Positions 42,572 through 54,851 of a stretch of 64,000 nt of DNA are shown here, one piece after another. The translations under genes were made by a program, and so were the position numbers. The notes below the pieces were generated by a model, which was not told the origin of the DNA, did not search any database, and was given only the letters and a program-made list of their open reading frames with translations. Source of the stretch: Octopus vulgaris (Eukaryota); NCBI GenBank assembly GCA_951406725.2, contig OX597832.1:11346001-11410000 (forward strand), written 5' to 3'. Positions within the stretch are counted from its first letter, which is position 1. Every line of letters begins with the position of its first letter.

Positions 42572-43549
42572 TATTGTTAATAAAATAAATATAAATTTAG
42601 ACACACGCACGCAACAGGCATACGGTACAAACGGACATATATGCTTCTGTACACAAGCACAGCACAAACCACCATCTACATGTAGGACCGATTAACTGAG
42701 AAGCCACAAATAATGAGAGGGAAATCTTACTGCAAGGTTTAGACTATCAATGCATTAGAGAACGTAAGTGAAGTGATTCGTTTATAAAATCTATATTTAT
42801 ACACTTAATTCTGTATTCTTCAATATATGTGAGGCCATGCCACGTGTATGTATATGGTTGAGGGCGTAGGTACATAATAACTATAATAGAGAATATTTGG
42901 AATAATTCACAAATCTTCATTGTAGCATTAATCCGCGTGATTTGGAATGTGAGTGAGTTTGCTTTGTTTGTTTCTAAGAAAATCAGAAACTTTTATGCTT
43001 TTGTAACAAAGACCGATTCATCTAAGTTAAGAAGCACAGCGGAAAATCTATAGCCCGAAAACCAGAGTTCAGAATTTAGCAATAGTTCACTCCAGAACAT
43101 CTCTTTTTTCTATAAATTTGCATAACGCATTACATGTACATCTCTGCTCAAATGCACTATTGTGCTCCATCCATCTTGGGACTATAAAAAGTCTCTTATT
43201 TGCTTAGGCTTTCCGGATTTATGTTTGTATAGACGTATGGAAACAACTGGGTAAAGCAAATATACATCTCTCTCTCTTACTCTCACACACATACACACAC
43301 ACGTAGTCATAGACAATCAAATAGGTTTAAAAATGTGTGGACACATACGTTCAACAGATAATGTTTGCTTATATAGCTTAATGCCTCCCGGTAAACATGG
43401 TGATCCAGCGCATGTTATGTAAACTAATATAAAATTTGTTAAGACTTATCCCTCCTCTGCTGTCACCTACTTTTTTCTGGTGATGCTTTCTTCCATCATT
43501 TACAGATATACGTGTGTCTATGCATGTGTATGTATGTTACTTGTTACAG

Positions 43550-44690
43550 AGAATAACTATTGGTTTCGTACCTATAAAAGCTTAGCTGTATAGGCGACTC
43601 GCTAATCTCAATAAAATTTCTAGCAAACATAAGCAACCTTAAGTAGTAACGCTTTCTATATAGACGGATAAAAATCTACTATATCAAATTGGGTGAACCT
43701 TGCCCTCCCTGTAACCTATTTCTTTATTGCCCACAAGGGGCTAAACATAGAGGGGACAAACAAAGACAGACATAGGTATTAAGTCGATTACATCGACACC
43801 AGCGCGTAACTGGTACTTAATTTATCGACCCCGAAAGGATGAAAGGCAAAGTCGACCTCGGTGGAATTTGAACTCACAACGTAACGCAGACGAAATACCG
43901 CTAAGCATTTCGCCCGGCGTGCTAACGTTTCTGCCAGCTCGCCCTGCCTGTAACCTGATTAGCTTTACACCATGAAATAACTTTATTGGTACAACACCAT
44001 CAGGAGAAATTCGATGCCTTCCTAATGTCGTCGTTGACCTTTCCCAGTATATGTTTGCAAACCAACCAGATTTCCGACTTTTTGCTGGGCTAATTAGGTG
44101 GCATTGGTTGAAAGAGGCAACGTTTGGTTTGTGGTCTTTGATGGTGATAGAGGTATTTCTCTTAGCTAAAGCTTCGACCACATCGGTTATACCAAGACTG
44201 TTGGCTAACTGTTTGGATTTCTTGTTAATACTATTGCATGAATGTGGAGAAGTTCTTCTCTATTTCTGTAAGAATCTATACTCTAAAAGCCTATCATACG
44301 TGGAGGTGTCCGCTCTGTATAGTTTTTATTCTCTCAAATAGGAGTTAAACCTTATTCGAATATTCTAGCAGATGTAAATCAGAAGAGCGCATGCGCTAAC
44401 AAAAACTGTATGACTAACTGAATCTCAGTTTCGGTATAATTCCCTTGAATTCCCTTGAAGGTTTCAAGGACTTTGATTCTAGATGGGAACCTCCCGGATT
44501 TTATATCTTAAGCGATGGCTTCCGAGGATGGTAGAAGCTGGCATAGTGAAGACATAGAAGTCTGCCTTCAATCTCATGCACCTTATGAGATTGATGATCT
44601 TTTCGATCAGCAGCCCCGTGTAGAGCTCGTCTGCTGGAGTAAAAATTAACTGACCATGATGTATTCATCCTACCAGTTACGGAGAGGTTT
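43550..44690 (-). pseudogene. Decayed Penelope-like reverse transcriptase ORF (5' half), split by a family B SINE
   Basis: Manual translation with stops and frameshifts: LLIEKIINLIRCMRLKADFY...INKKSKQLANSLGITDVVEALAKRNTSITIKDHKPN...CHLISPAKS/EIWLVCKHILGKVN...[SINE]...FTQFDIVDFYPSI. This fits the PLE RT motifs TxKDHK, CRLINP and FDIVxFYPSI. Confidence 0.85.
43718..43943 (-). mobile_element. SINE family B
   Basis: TSD gccct(c/g)cctgtaacct (43702-43717 / 43941-43956). Confidence 0.92.
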
Positions 44691-44869
44691 GTGCCTCTAG
44701 CCATTTGAGTTTGAAGAGTCACTTTATATACATGTCAATGCACATAAATAAACATATATGTGTGTGTGTGCGTATTATATATCTTAACGGTCGTGCCCTA
44801 GCATGGCCACAGCTGGCGAGCTGAAACTAGTAAACAGTATGTATGTGTATATATATGTGTGTGTATATA

Positions 44870-45033
44870 GGCGTAGGAGTGGCTGTGTGGTAAGTAGCTT
44901 GCTTACCAACCACATGGTTCTCGGTTCAGTCCCACTGCGTTGCACCTTGGGCAAGTGTCTTCTACTATAGCCTTGGGCCGACCAAAACCTTGTGAGTGGA
45001 TTTGGTAGACGGAAACGGAAAGAAGCCCGTCCT
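44870..45033 (+). mobile_element. Family A 5' half, ending at the internal microsatellite
   Basis: Near-identical to 45137-45300. Confidence 0.9.
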
Positions 45034-45136
45034 ATATATGTATATATATATGTGTGTGTGTGTATCCGCATACATGTGTAAATGCAGACATTCTTACATA
45101 TATACATTCATATTTTTATATAAAAATATACATCCA

Positions 45137-45545
45137 GGCGCAGGAGTGGCTGTGTGGTAAGTAGCTTGCTAACCAACCACATGGTTCCGGGTTCAGTCCC
45201 ACTGCGTGGCATCTTGGGCAAGTGTCTTCTACTATAGCCCCGGGCCGACCAATGCCTTCTGAGTGGATTTGGTAGACGGAAACTGAAAGAAGCCCGTCGT
45301 ATATATGTATATATATATGCGTGTGTGTGTTTGTGTCTGTGTTTATCCCCCTAGCATTGCTTGACAACCGACGCTGGTGTGTTTACGTCCCCGTTACTTA
45401 GCGGTTCGGCAAAAGAGACCGATAGAATAAGTACTGGGCTTACAAAAACAATAAGTCCCGGGGTCGAGTTGCTCAATTAAAGGCGGTGCTCCAGCATGGC
45501 CGCAGTCAAATGACTGAAACAAGTAAAAGAGAGAGTAAAGAGAGT
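45137..45545 (+). mobile_element. SINE family A, full-length reference copy (409 bp)
   Basis: tRNA-like head (tggctgtgtggt A box, gggttcagtcc B box), CORE-like cttgggcaagt block, internal (TA)/(TG) tract, gagtaaa-repeat tail and TSD atcca. Confidence 0.95.
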
Positions 45546-46437
45546 ATCCAAAAGAATCGTGATCAGCATATTATTGAGTACTTAATTTATTAATTTCTAT
45601 GATAACAATAGTATATTTACTGAAAGCCAGACGGTTTTTGTTCGCTGGGTGGGGTGGAAATCATTGAGTAAAAGAAACCTTGACTCGAACAGCACATCAT
45701 TTCGCTACATCATATCTTTTAGTTCTATTTCTTCATATGAATAGGTTGCTTAAAGCATCACCTCGACTCACTGTCTTCTTGATGATCGGTCTGGTAAAGA
45801 TAAACCAATGCTACCCCACCACCACCACCACCACCACATACTTACTACTACTACTAATACTACTACTTGCCCCATTTGGCTGGCGGTTTCATATGCTACA
45901 GGCGACTGACTATTCTTTCTTCAAAGAACAATTCTGCTCACCTCCGCCTTTCACTTGTAAACACAATTAATCTCTCCAAGACGCCTACATACTCCAAACG
46001 AGCCGTGCTATGTTTATATTACCGCTAACTCTTGCCGTACATAAACACACAAACGGATATGAATAATACATATACGTATATATGCACATACTCACAAGAT
46101 TTCACACATATATGCGTATGAATGTGTGTGTGTGTGTGTGCATTTGTCCGTGTGTGTGTATGTGTACATGTATATATATACTCTCTTTTACTCTTATATA
46201 TATATATTTGATATATATTTGTATACATAACATTTATATGCCTGTATGTACATGTGTGTGTTAGCGTTTGTGTGTATATTATATACAATGATATACGTGT
46301 GGATATATATAAATACATACATATATATATTCATATGTATATATGAATATATATACGTATATGCATATATATACACATATATACATATATATATGTACTT
46401 ATACACACACACACACATATATATACACACACATGTA

Positions 46438-46494
<57 letters not shown>

Positions 46495-47029
46495 ACTCAC
46501 ACGAACGCACGCACACATATATGCGTCTTTGTATGCATCTATGCATATACACGACCGGAGTAGAGAGAATACCAGCAAATGAGAAAGAAAAAAATATGGT
46601 AAAAAAAAACACAAAAACTAGAAGGAAAAACAATAAAATGAAACAGAAAATCAGTAATAAAACAAGTTTAAAGACAACAATATGTCTGCTGATGACAAAT
46701 TATACGGGCAACATGGGGGCGCTGCCATATCTTAAGCAGTACGAAAATAAATGTTAAGATGTCTATGTAATATAAGCGCCACTTTGTTAAACAATACTTA
46801 AAGAAATTTTTCGATTAGTAGAGAAAAACATTCAATTTTCTCCCAGTCTTTTAACATATTTTAGGTTTAATGTGTATAACTTAGAATTACGAAAGGAAAA
46901 AAAAGATATAAGACAACAGATATATGTTTGTTTGTTTGTATGTGTGTGTATTTCTTTATTTGTATACATATGCAGAATACACGCATACAGACACACTCAT
47001 CTATGTATATATACATACATACATCTATA

Positions 47030-47045
47030 TATCTATATCTATCTT

Positions 47046-47080
<35 letters not shown>

Positions 47081-47990
47081 GTCTATCTATCTATCTATCT
47101 ACACACACACATATATGCATACATATATGTATGTATGTATGTATATATATATATATATGTATGTATGTATGTATGTATCTATATATATATATGAATATAT
47201 ATATGTATGATATATATATATATATATGAATATATATATGTATGTATATATATATATATATATGAATATATATATGTATGTATATATATATATATATATG
47301 AATATATATATGTATGTATATATATATATATATGAATATATATATGTATGTATATATATATATATGAATATATATATGTATGTATATATATATGTATATG
47401 AATATATATATGTATGTATGTATATATGTATGTATATGTATGCGTATATATATGTATGCATATATATATATGTATATATGTATGCATATATGTATGTATA
47501 TATATATGTATGCATATATATATGTATATATGTATGTATATATGTATGCATATATGTATGTATATATATATGTATGCATATATATATGTATATATGTATG
47601 CATATATGTATGCATATATATATGTATATATATATGTATGCATATATATATGTATATATATATGTATGCATATATATATGTATGCATATATGTATGCATA
47701 TATGTATGTATATATATATGTATGCATATATATATGTATGCATATATGTATGCATATATGTATGCATATATGTATGTATATATATGTATGCATATATATA
47801 TGTATGCATATATGTATGCATATATGTATGTATATATATGTATGCATATATGTATGTATATATATGTATGCATATATGTATATATTTGTATGCATATATG
47901 TATATATATGTATGCATATATATATATATATATATATATCTGTTTGTATGTATGTATGCATGTATGTATGTACCCACACATATATAATCG
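47030..47990. repeat. Compound microsatellite/minisatellite (TCTA, tatgaatata, gtatgcatata units)
   Basis: Read directly; it is the source of the longest ORFs in the track. Confidence 0.95.
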
Positions 47991-48581
47991 ACAAATCACT
48001 TGAACCGAGTATAAGAAAGAAAAAAATGAACAAATTTCTAAGTCATTAGGTTTGAAGGAAGAAATAAATCAATATGTATCTTTTCTCTTTTCTTGACTCT
48101 GTGTACATCCAAACAATAGAAAAGTATGTAGAAATTTCTAAAATGCCAGAAAACAGCGGGTGATTGAATACATCCTTTATAGCAAGAAACTTCCAAGAGT
48201 ACGAAACCGTAGAACGTTATCACAGAAGGAACCTCCCACAAGCATGTGTTTCTGCCATTAACTTCTTACACACAAAGGACGCCAGGCCGCATCTAGGCTA
48301 TCACACCTGGGTACCCTTCCGCTGCCACTTTTTTAGCCTCTTGTATATCGGTGATTTTTGTATTTAAACCTCTTCCAGATTCCATCTAGTTTGAGCTCCT
48401 TTCCGTTGACTGAAATTTGAAATTTATACTACACGAATAACTTTATTTGTGGTAGAGATGAATCATCAAGGGTATTACGATGACTCCCTCAGAATAAATT
48501 ATCCCCTATTAATTGTTCCGCCATATACATAGTTTTCGGACAAAATTTGACAGTTTACTTTAAAAAAGCAATTTGCTTTAA

Positions 48582-48802
48582 CCCTTTAGTGTTCTCATTA
48601 TTCTGCCAAAATTTATGCTTTTACATCTTCATTGTATTAAATTAATCCTGCATTATCTTGTAGTTATGAGATTTTGATGAGGTAGCCGTTAATTTTTAAA
48701 ACGATATTGTGGGGTTGGTGTGAGAGACCAGACCTAGCCAGTTTGAACATAAAATAGGCAGATTACTTTTGGCCGGATATGGCTGGTTTGAATGCTAAAG
48801 GG
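48582..48802. mobile_element. piggyBac-type MITE
   Basis: TTAA-CCCTTTAG...CTAAAGGG-TTAA: TTAA target duplication with CCC/GGG termini. Confidence 0.75.
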
Positions 48803-49213
48803 TTAAAAAAGGGAAGAAAACACAGTTTGTCATCAAAAAATAAATGTACTTTATAAAATCAAAAGATATCAAATAGGCGATGGTTAGAAGATAACATTTT
48901 ATTCAAAGTAGCCATAGCTTCCACCACAGTTTTAAGTCGGCTCCGGAACCAGGCGTAAGCGTTCTTCACAGAGTCCATGGGAAGATCTTAGAACACTTCC
49001 TTGATCTTGGCAACCAGCCCGACTTTAATTTTGCAACCAGAGCGGTTGGTGTCTTTCTCAGTCGCGCGTCACACAGAGAAATCAATGGGATTATCATCGG
49101 GTGAATTAGGAATCTAGAAATTGGGGCTGCCAAAGTCTTAGAAATACTCCAGTGACCACTTATAACTCTCTCCGGACGTGTGGCAAGGAAATGAATGCTG
49201 CTGCCACACATAT

Positions 49214-49435
49214 ATATTTCTTTACTACCCACAAGGGACTAAACACAGAGGGGACAGACAAACGGATTAAGTCGATTACATCGACCCCAGTGCGTAACTG
49301 GTACTTAATTTATCAACCCCGAAAGGATGAAAAGCAAAGTCGACCTCGGCGAAATTTGAACCCAGAACGTAACGGCAGACGAAATACGGTTACGCATTTC
49401 GCCCGACTTGCTAGCGTTTCTGCCAGCTCGCCGCC
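49214..49435 (-). mobile_element. SINE family B inside the maT transposase relic
   Basis: Full-length match to family B. Confidence 0.92.
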
Positions 49436-50010
49436 TTTGTCACTCCAGCAGTGACATATAGCTGTCTGAATTAAGCCTAAGTCCATGTTCGAAGACGTGG
49501 GTGAGAATTTAATAGTGCAGAAGGAATCAGTACGCCTGTTATGTCATTTCCTGCTGGCCAACACTTCTTAGTCAGCGTTGCAACCGTTCACGACACGCCT
49601 TATCGTCTCTACAGTGTTCACAGAACATTGGACAACTATCATGATGTTGGCATTTTGATACTCGGTAACGAATCATCATGATACAGGTAACTCTTTTCCA
49701 ATATTCAGATACCTTCCACTTCTCCGTGCCAGCTAACATTTTCGCAGCTCCCCAACGCAGTTGGCTGCCCACAAAACATCAATCTGTTCCTGGAAAAAGA
49801 TGACGTAAAAAATGTCAAATTTAGCCCGAACACTGTATTATATATTTTCAGATTATAAAATAAATTATGTTGCTTTTGTTATTATTGCTGGTCTTCTTAA
49901 TCAGAGAATTTGCCCCAAATACTGGCCATGATACAAAAAATACTGATGAAAGTCTAGAATTTAATACGGTATTATCAATACAATTTTAAAATAGGGTGAT
50001 TAAAATCAAA

Positions 50011-50266
50011 ATAAGCAACAAGTATATCCAGAGGTAATGCAGTACGATCGTTTCATGCAACTCCATTTAATTGAAAGATCTTGGAGATTTTAGGTATAAT
50101 TATACTAATGTGTCCATCTGTGCTAATTTAATCAAATTCTATGTCTTTGTGCAGCTGAAGATTGCTCTACATTTTAAATTGATGTAATGATTGCCGTATT
50201 GTTCAATTAAATGGAGTTGAATGAAACGATCGTACTGCATCACCTCTGGATATCCTTGCTGCTTAT
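50011..50266 (+). mobile_element. Family D element with a ~65-bp inverted terminal copy
   Basis: 50011-50075 is the reverse complement of about 50202-50266; its 3' end abuts (TA)n. Confidence 0.8.
50149..50240 (+). ncRNA. Type I hammerhead ribozyme motif (family D)
   Basis: gtgcag-CTGAAGA-...-GAAA-cgatcg-TA-ctgcat. The core and stems I and III are identical to 1461-1554 while the stem II loop differs. Confidence 0.7.
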
Positions 50267-50323
50267 ATATATATATATATATATCGTATTATATAATTTA
50301 TTATATATATTTATATAGATATA

Positions 50324-50365
<42 letters not shown>

Positions 50366-51052
50366 AATAATATATGATATATATGTATATTTTAAGTGTG
50401 GGTTTATATTCCAAATACATTTTGTAATATAACGAATATAATTTTTTTTTTTCTTAAAGCATCTTTTCTCTTTTCTTCAAAACATTAGTGATTCTTCTCA
50501 GTAGCATCTTAACCATTGCTGAACATCTTTGGTAGGACTTGATAATTTGGTTTGAGATCTTTCGAAGGAAAATTTGCGTATTCTTTAGAGGAACCAAAAA
50601 AAAAAAAAAACACGAAAATCATCTTCTAATGTATATGTCTTACCCTAAGTAGGTCGGAAGAAAATGAAAATATAGCAGATGTTTGGAAACTAATACTTCA
50701 GCTACACCAGTCTTTTAAGTATGTATCGCAGCAGTATCCGTTACATAAAGTATTTTTGTTGTCTTACTCAGGAATATACATATATCACACACATCCACTT
50801 AACATATCAGACAGAGATCAGTGTTACTCTTCATTTAAAGGAACATTATGGATTCTGAACATATATATCGTAGCTTGCGGCTGGTTTGGTTTCTGTTGCT
50901 GCTGTTGATATTTTCCTTGTCGTTGTCAGCGCTGGTGGAGTTTACTATTGATATTGTTGTAACTGTCTTTGCTGCTGCTGCTGCTGCTGTTGTTGCTGTT
51001 GCTGTTGTTGTTGTCGTCGGCGATGGTAGTGTTGGTGGTGGCATTTGTTGAA

Positions 51053-51285
51053 AGCGGCGGGCTGGCAGAAACGTTAGCATGCCGGGCGAAATGCGTAGCC
51101 GTATTTCGTCTGCCGTTACGTTCTGAGTTCAAATTCCGCCGAGGTCGACTTTGCCTTTCATCCTTTCGGTGGTCGATAAATTAAGTACCAGTTACGCACT
51201 GGGGTCGATGTGATCGACTTAATCCCTTTGTCTGTCCTTGTTTGTCCTCTCTGTGTTTAGCTCCCTGTGGGTAGTAAAGAAATAA
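51053..51285 (+). mobile_element. SINE family B
   Basis: Full length with TSD gcatttgttg (51041-51050 / 51286-51295). Confidence 0.93.
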
Positions 51286-51344
51286 GCATTTGTTGGTGAT
51301 TGTTTTGTTGGTGGTGGTGGCCTTTGTTGGTAATTGTTTTGTTG

Positions 51345-51800
51345 GTGGTGGCTCAACCAAGTTTCCAGAACGCTATGATACACTCCTCTATATCGTGAAC
51401 ATCCATGCTGTTTGTATATCATACTTCATTGTCTAATGTCTCATACATTTTAAAGTTGTAAGTTGAGATGTGTATTATTTGGTTTCATTGTTTTCTTTTT
51501 AAGCAGGTTGGGCAACTTCCTGGTGAGGTATTGTTTAGCTCTCTGTTCAGTTTCCACTTTTCAAATCTCTATTAATAAGTAATCTAGCCACGGCCACTCC
51601 CAGTTTCTCTAAGTTTATTTCTGAAGTTAGACTTTAAGGAGAGAATCGTGTGTTGTCTAATGTTGTTCTCAGTGTTGTGAGCTATTCTTGTTTAGGATTC
51701 TTTACGGCTCAATGTTAAAGTAAGAGAAACAGTTTAACGATGACTCTAAATGAGTCTAGAGTTTAGTCCAGTATTTGCCATTTCAAGTCATGAGAAAGTT
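51345..51800 (-). pseudogene. Possible decayed non-LTR retrotransposon 3' end
   Basis: Fragmentary translation LRETGSGRG...KWKL...PGSCPTC resembles LINE C-terminal Cys-His regions, followed by a (caa/cca)n tail. Many stops. Confidence 0.3.
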
Positions 51801-53049
51801 CAATTCTGCTATTGAAAAATAACTACCAATAATGACCTCCTTTTTTCTTTTCTTTTTCTTTTTTTTTTTTCGTGTCTGACCTCTGTCATAAAATTAGAAA
51901 TCATTCTTTGTTCCACTTGCCAAGCCCTTTCTAAACGTTATTACTCTTTTTCGATATCATTAAACAAATAATCAGAACTAAGACAATAATTCTTTCTAAT
52001 TTTGGCACAAAACCAACAATTTTTAGGGGAGAGCAAGTCGATTAAATCGTATAATATTAATATTGTTCATTCTTTCTTCATCACATAATATTTTCTAATT
52101 AACTGTTTAATGTTCACTTCATTAACTATATCGACTCACACTTGGCTGTTGTATTAAGTGTAAATAGTGTGCCTGAGTAATTTCTCTGCGCAACGTATTG
52201 TCTAAAATATGCTAACATATACATCTTCTCGAGTACAATACTTTATATCTGCAGTAATTCTCATATCAATCATATAATCAATCATACATCGGCATGTACA
52301 GTTAAGTGTAAGCTTCGGCGAAGATACATAATAAAACAGAGATATACCCGCCGGGGTTGTGTTGCTCGTACTTCACCAAATTATCCGCGGAATAAAGAAA
52401 ATAGTATTAATTATTGACTAATAATGTCTTCTCATCACACAATCATTGCTTATTTAGTGTTTAATGTTTACTAGATTAGATATGCTAGCACTATATTGAG
52501 TACTACTGAAATCCTAAGTAAAATCTCGGGACACTTACCAAGAATTTTCAAGAAGAAATATCTTTCAATTATATTAGTTAAATTGTTCGTATATTTGAAA
52601 ACAAACTAATGAGCATAGCTGCGTGGTTAAATATAAAAACAAAAGGGTTACTCTCTATCTATGTAAAGTTTTGGAATCTATTCCAATGCATAGCAGCTTA
52701 TGCACGTGTCTTCCTATGCAGCCTTCGGTTGGTGAATGCATAGTGAATGAAAGTCTGTTGATAGAAGCAGTATAGGAGTTTACTTTAGAACGTAGACATA
52801 ATTCTATATCAGTATGTCCCACTATTGATAGATAGATAAATATATAGAATTATATTCGTCGGGGCAGTAGGTATTCACTAAATGCAGGACACAGTATTAA
52901 ACGTACAGTAAAATTATATAAGGAATCTTTACACTCTACTTCGAAATTTCGCCGGTAACATCTTCTAACACACAGACAAACACATATATATATATACACG
53001 CACGCACACAGAGCATACATTGGCATACACAGATGTATATATGTATAGA

Positions 53050-53350
53050 GTTTTATATTTATGAGATGAGGAATTACGTACATATTTATATTATTTACAT
53101 TATTTACATTTCACGGATATCTTAACCACTACTCCATATGCCCTCAAGATTCCGGGTTCGATTCCAAGCAGTGACCTGAACAACAACAACGACAACAACA
53201 ATGATAATAATTATAACATCAAGAAATACCTTAGGAATGGGAACCCAGTTTCGAAATTTCCCCAAGGCACCTGAAGAAGGCTGGAGGGTATATCAGCCGA
53301 AACTTTGTGTTAACAAAAAAGAAGATGAGGACAAATATCCGTCGAATAAT
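53050..53350 (+). mobile_element. Rearranged tRNA-headed SINE carrying an HHR motif
   Basis: B box gggttcgattcc at about 53155-53166 and HHR-like 53266-53311. An A-box-like gggcatatggagtagtggttaa and a tail-like segment lie inverted at 53050-53143. Confidence 0.55.
53266..53311 (+). ncRNA. Minimal hammerhead-like motif
   Basis: ggcac-CTGAAGA-a-ggctg gagggtatat cagcc-GAAA-ct-TT-gtgtt. Stem II is a perfect 5 bp, stem I includes G-U pairs and stem III is defective. Confidence 0.55.
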
Positions 53351-53358
53351 AACCAGTT

Positions 53359-53496
53359 TTGTATTTTCTTTTCAAATTACCCAAACTTCTTTACTGATGT
53401 TGTGTCATCTCTTCGCTATGGTGTGATATCACACCATAGTAAACAGATGATACAATGTCGGTAAAGAAATTCAAGAAATTTGAAAAGAAAATACAA
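53359..53496. repeat. 138-bp loopless imperfect palindrome flanked by an 8-bp direct repeat
   Basis: Centre ctatggtgtgat|atcacaccatag; aaccagtt at 53351-53358 and 53497-53504. Confidence 0.85.
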
Positions 53497-53586
53497 AACC
53501 AGTTATTTCTCTGTGTTCTTTTTATTATTCTAGCTTGCTTTTTTATACATCCAACTACGTGCTTTCCCAAACCAACTCTCTCAGCC

Positions 53587-53617
<31 letters not shown>

Positions 53618-54098
53618 AATTGAGATAGGGGTTGTAAATGCAACCCTCCATGGGATAACATATCCAATATACTGCTAGTGAAGTACCCAACAAAGTTAAT
53701 ACATAAATGTTAATGATTGCGATGCAATCAGTTCATTTACTGTATTATATGGGCAAAGGTAAAATGATTTACCACAAATTACTAATACACGATAAGAAAA
53801 TGGAGAAATACCTCTAAATCAAATATCAATTACCAGATAATACTCAATCACATACTTTATTAATCCACCACATAAGAGACTGTAGGGTTAAATATAAAGA
53901 AGCAGAACAAACCAGTGTACATAAAGGAATGTACATAAAAAAGTGTACATAAAATAGTAATGTTGTATAAGTAGAATATATATAAAAAAGAGAATATAAA
54001 TATAAGTAAATATAAATATGTATTTCTCCATTTTCTTATCTTGTATATATATATATGTATATATATATTTATATATAATTTAATAAATAAAATATATG

Positions 54099-54129
<31 letters not shown>

Positions 54130-54344
54130 GTACGTACCTATATCTACATGTATATATACATGCATATATAAATATATATACGTAAGTACAGGACACCACA
54201 AATAGACGTAGAACACAACGAGAAACGAAAACGTAAAAACAAACATGGAAACGGACCTTTTTTAACAACGAAAAAACAGAGTACAAGTCAGAGTTGGTAT
54301 ATATATATATATATATGGGTAAGAGAGTTTGTATATATATATAT

Positions 54345-54508
54345 ACGACGAGCTTCTTTCAGTTTCCATCAACCAAATCTACGTACAAAGATTTGGTCGG
54401 TCCGAGGCTATAGTAGAAGACACTCACCCAAGTTGCCAAGCAGGGGGCGTCAACATGGAAGTACATGACTGAGAAGGAAACGTCTTACCACACAGCCATG
54501 CTTGCACC
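54345..54508 (-). mobile_element. Family A 5' half, diverged
   Basis: cttctttcagtttcc...cttaccacacagcc. Confidence 0.8.
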
Positions 54509-54851
54509 TAGGGAGAATAGAACTCAATATATGGCTATATGTATATTCTTATTAATATGTAGAAAAAATAGTGGCACAAGGTCCGAGAGTTTCGTGCGTT
54601 GGCACTTATCAAATTTATGGGTTTGATACATATATATATATGAGTGTATACATATACATGCATAAATACACACACATATGTAGTTATGGTATATTCTATT
54701 CAGAACGTAGTAGAATACACAATAAAGGTTGCCCACCTTCAAATTGACCCTGTGGTATTCCGTAGTGGCATTGCACGTACTCCGAGATTTACGTTGGAAG
54801 TATGCACATCTGTCGTATGTGAATAGATAATTGAAAAAATGTGGACATTTA

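Larger units (their letters stand above)
48528..49835 (-). mobile_element. Decayed, internally deleted Tc1/mariner DD37D (maT-type) transposon
   Basis: Minus-strand translation YVWQQHSFPCHTSGESYKWSLEYF*DFGSPNF*IPNSPDDNPID gives 37 aa between the second and third catalytic positions. Also present: C-terminus FRSRLKTVVEA/GYFE*, HVFEHGLRLNSDSY at 49440-49500, N-terminus MLAGTEKWKVSEYWKR, and degenerate TA-flanked TIRs (catagttttcggacaaaatttgaca / tgtcaaatttagcccgaacactg). Confidence 0.85.

Noticed and set aside
47091-48049. Long ORFs of 200-300 aa here and at about 22.8, 55.3, 5.2 and 3.0 kb
   Set aside because: They are translations of stop-free microsatellites (YI/HT/CV repeats), not genes.
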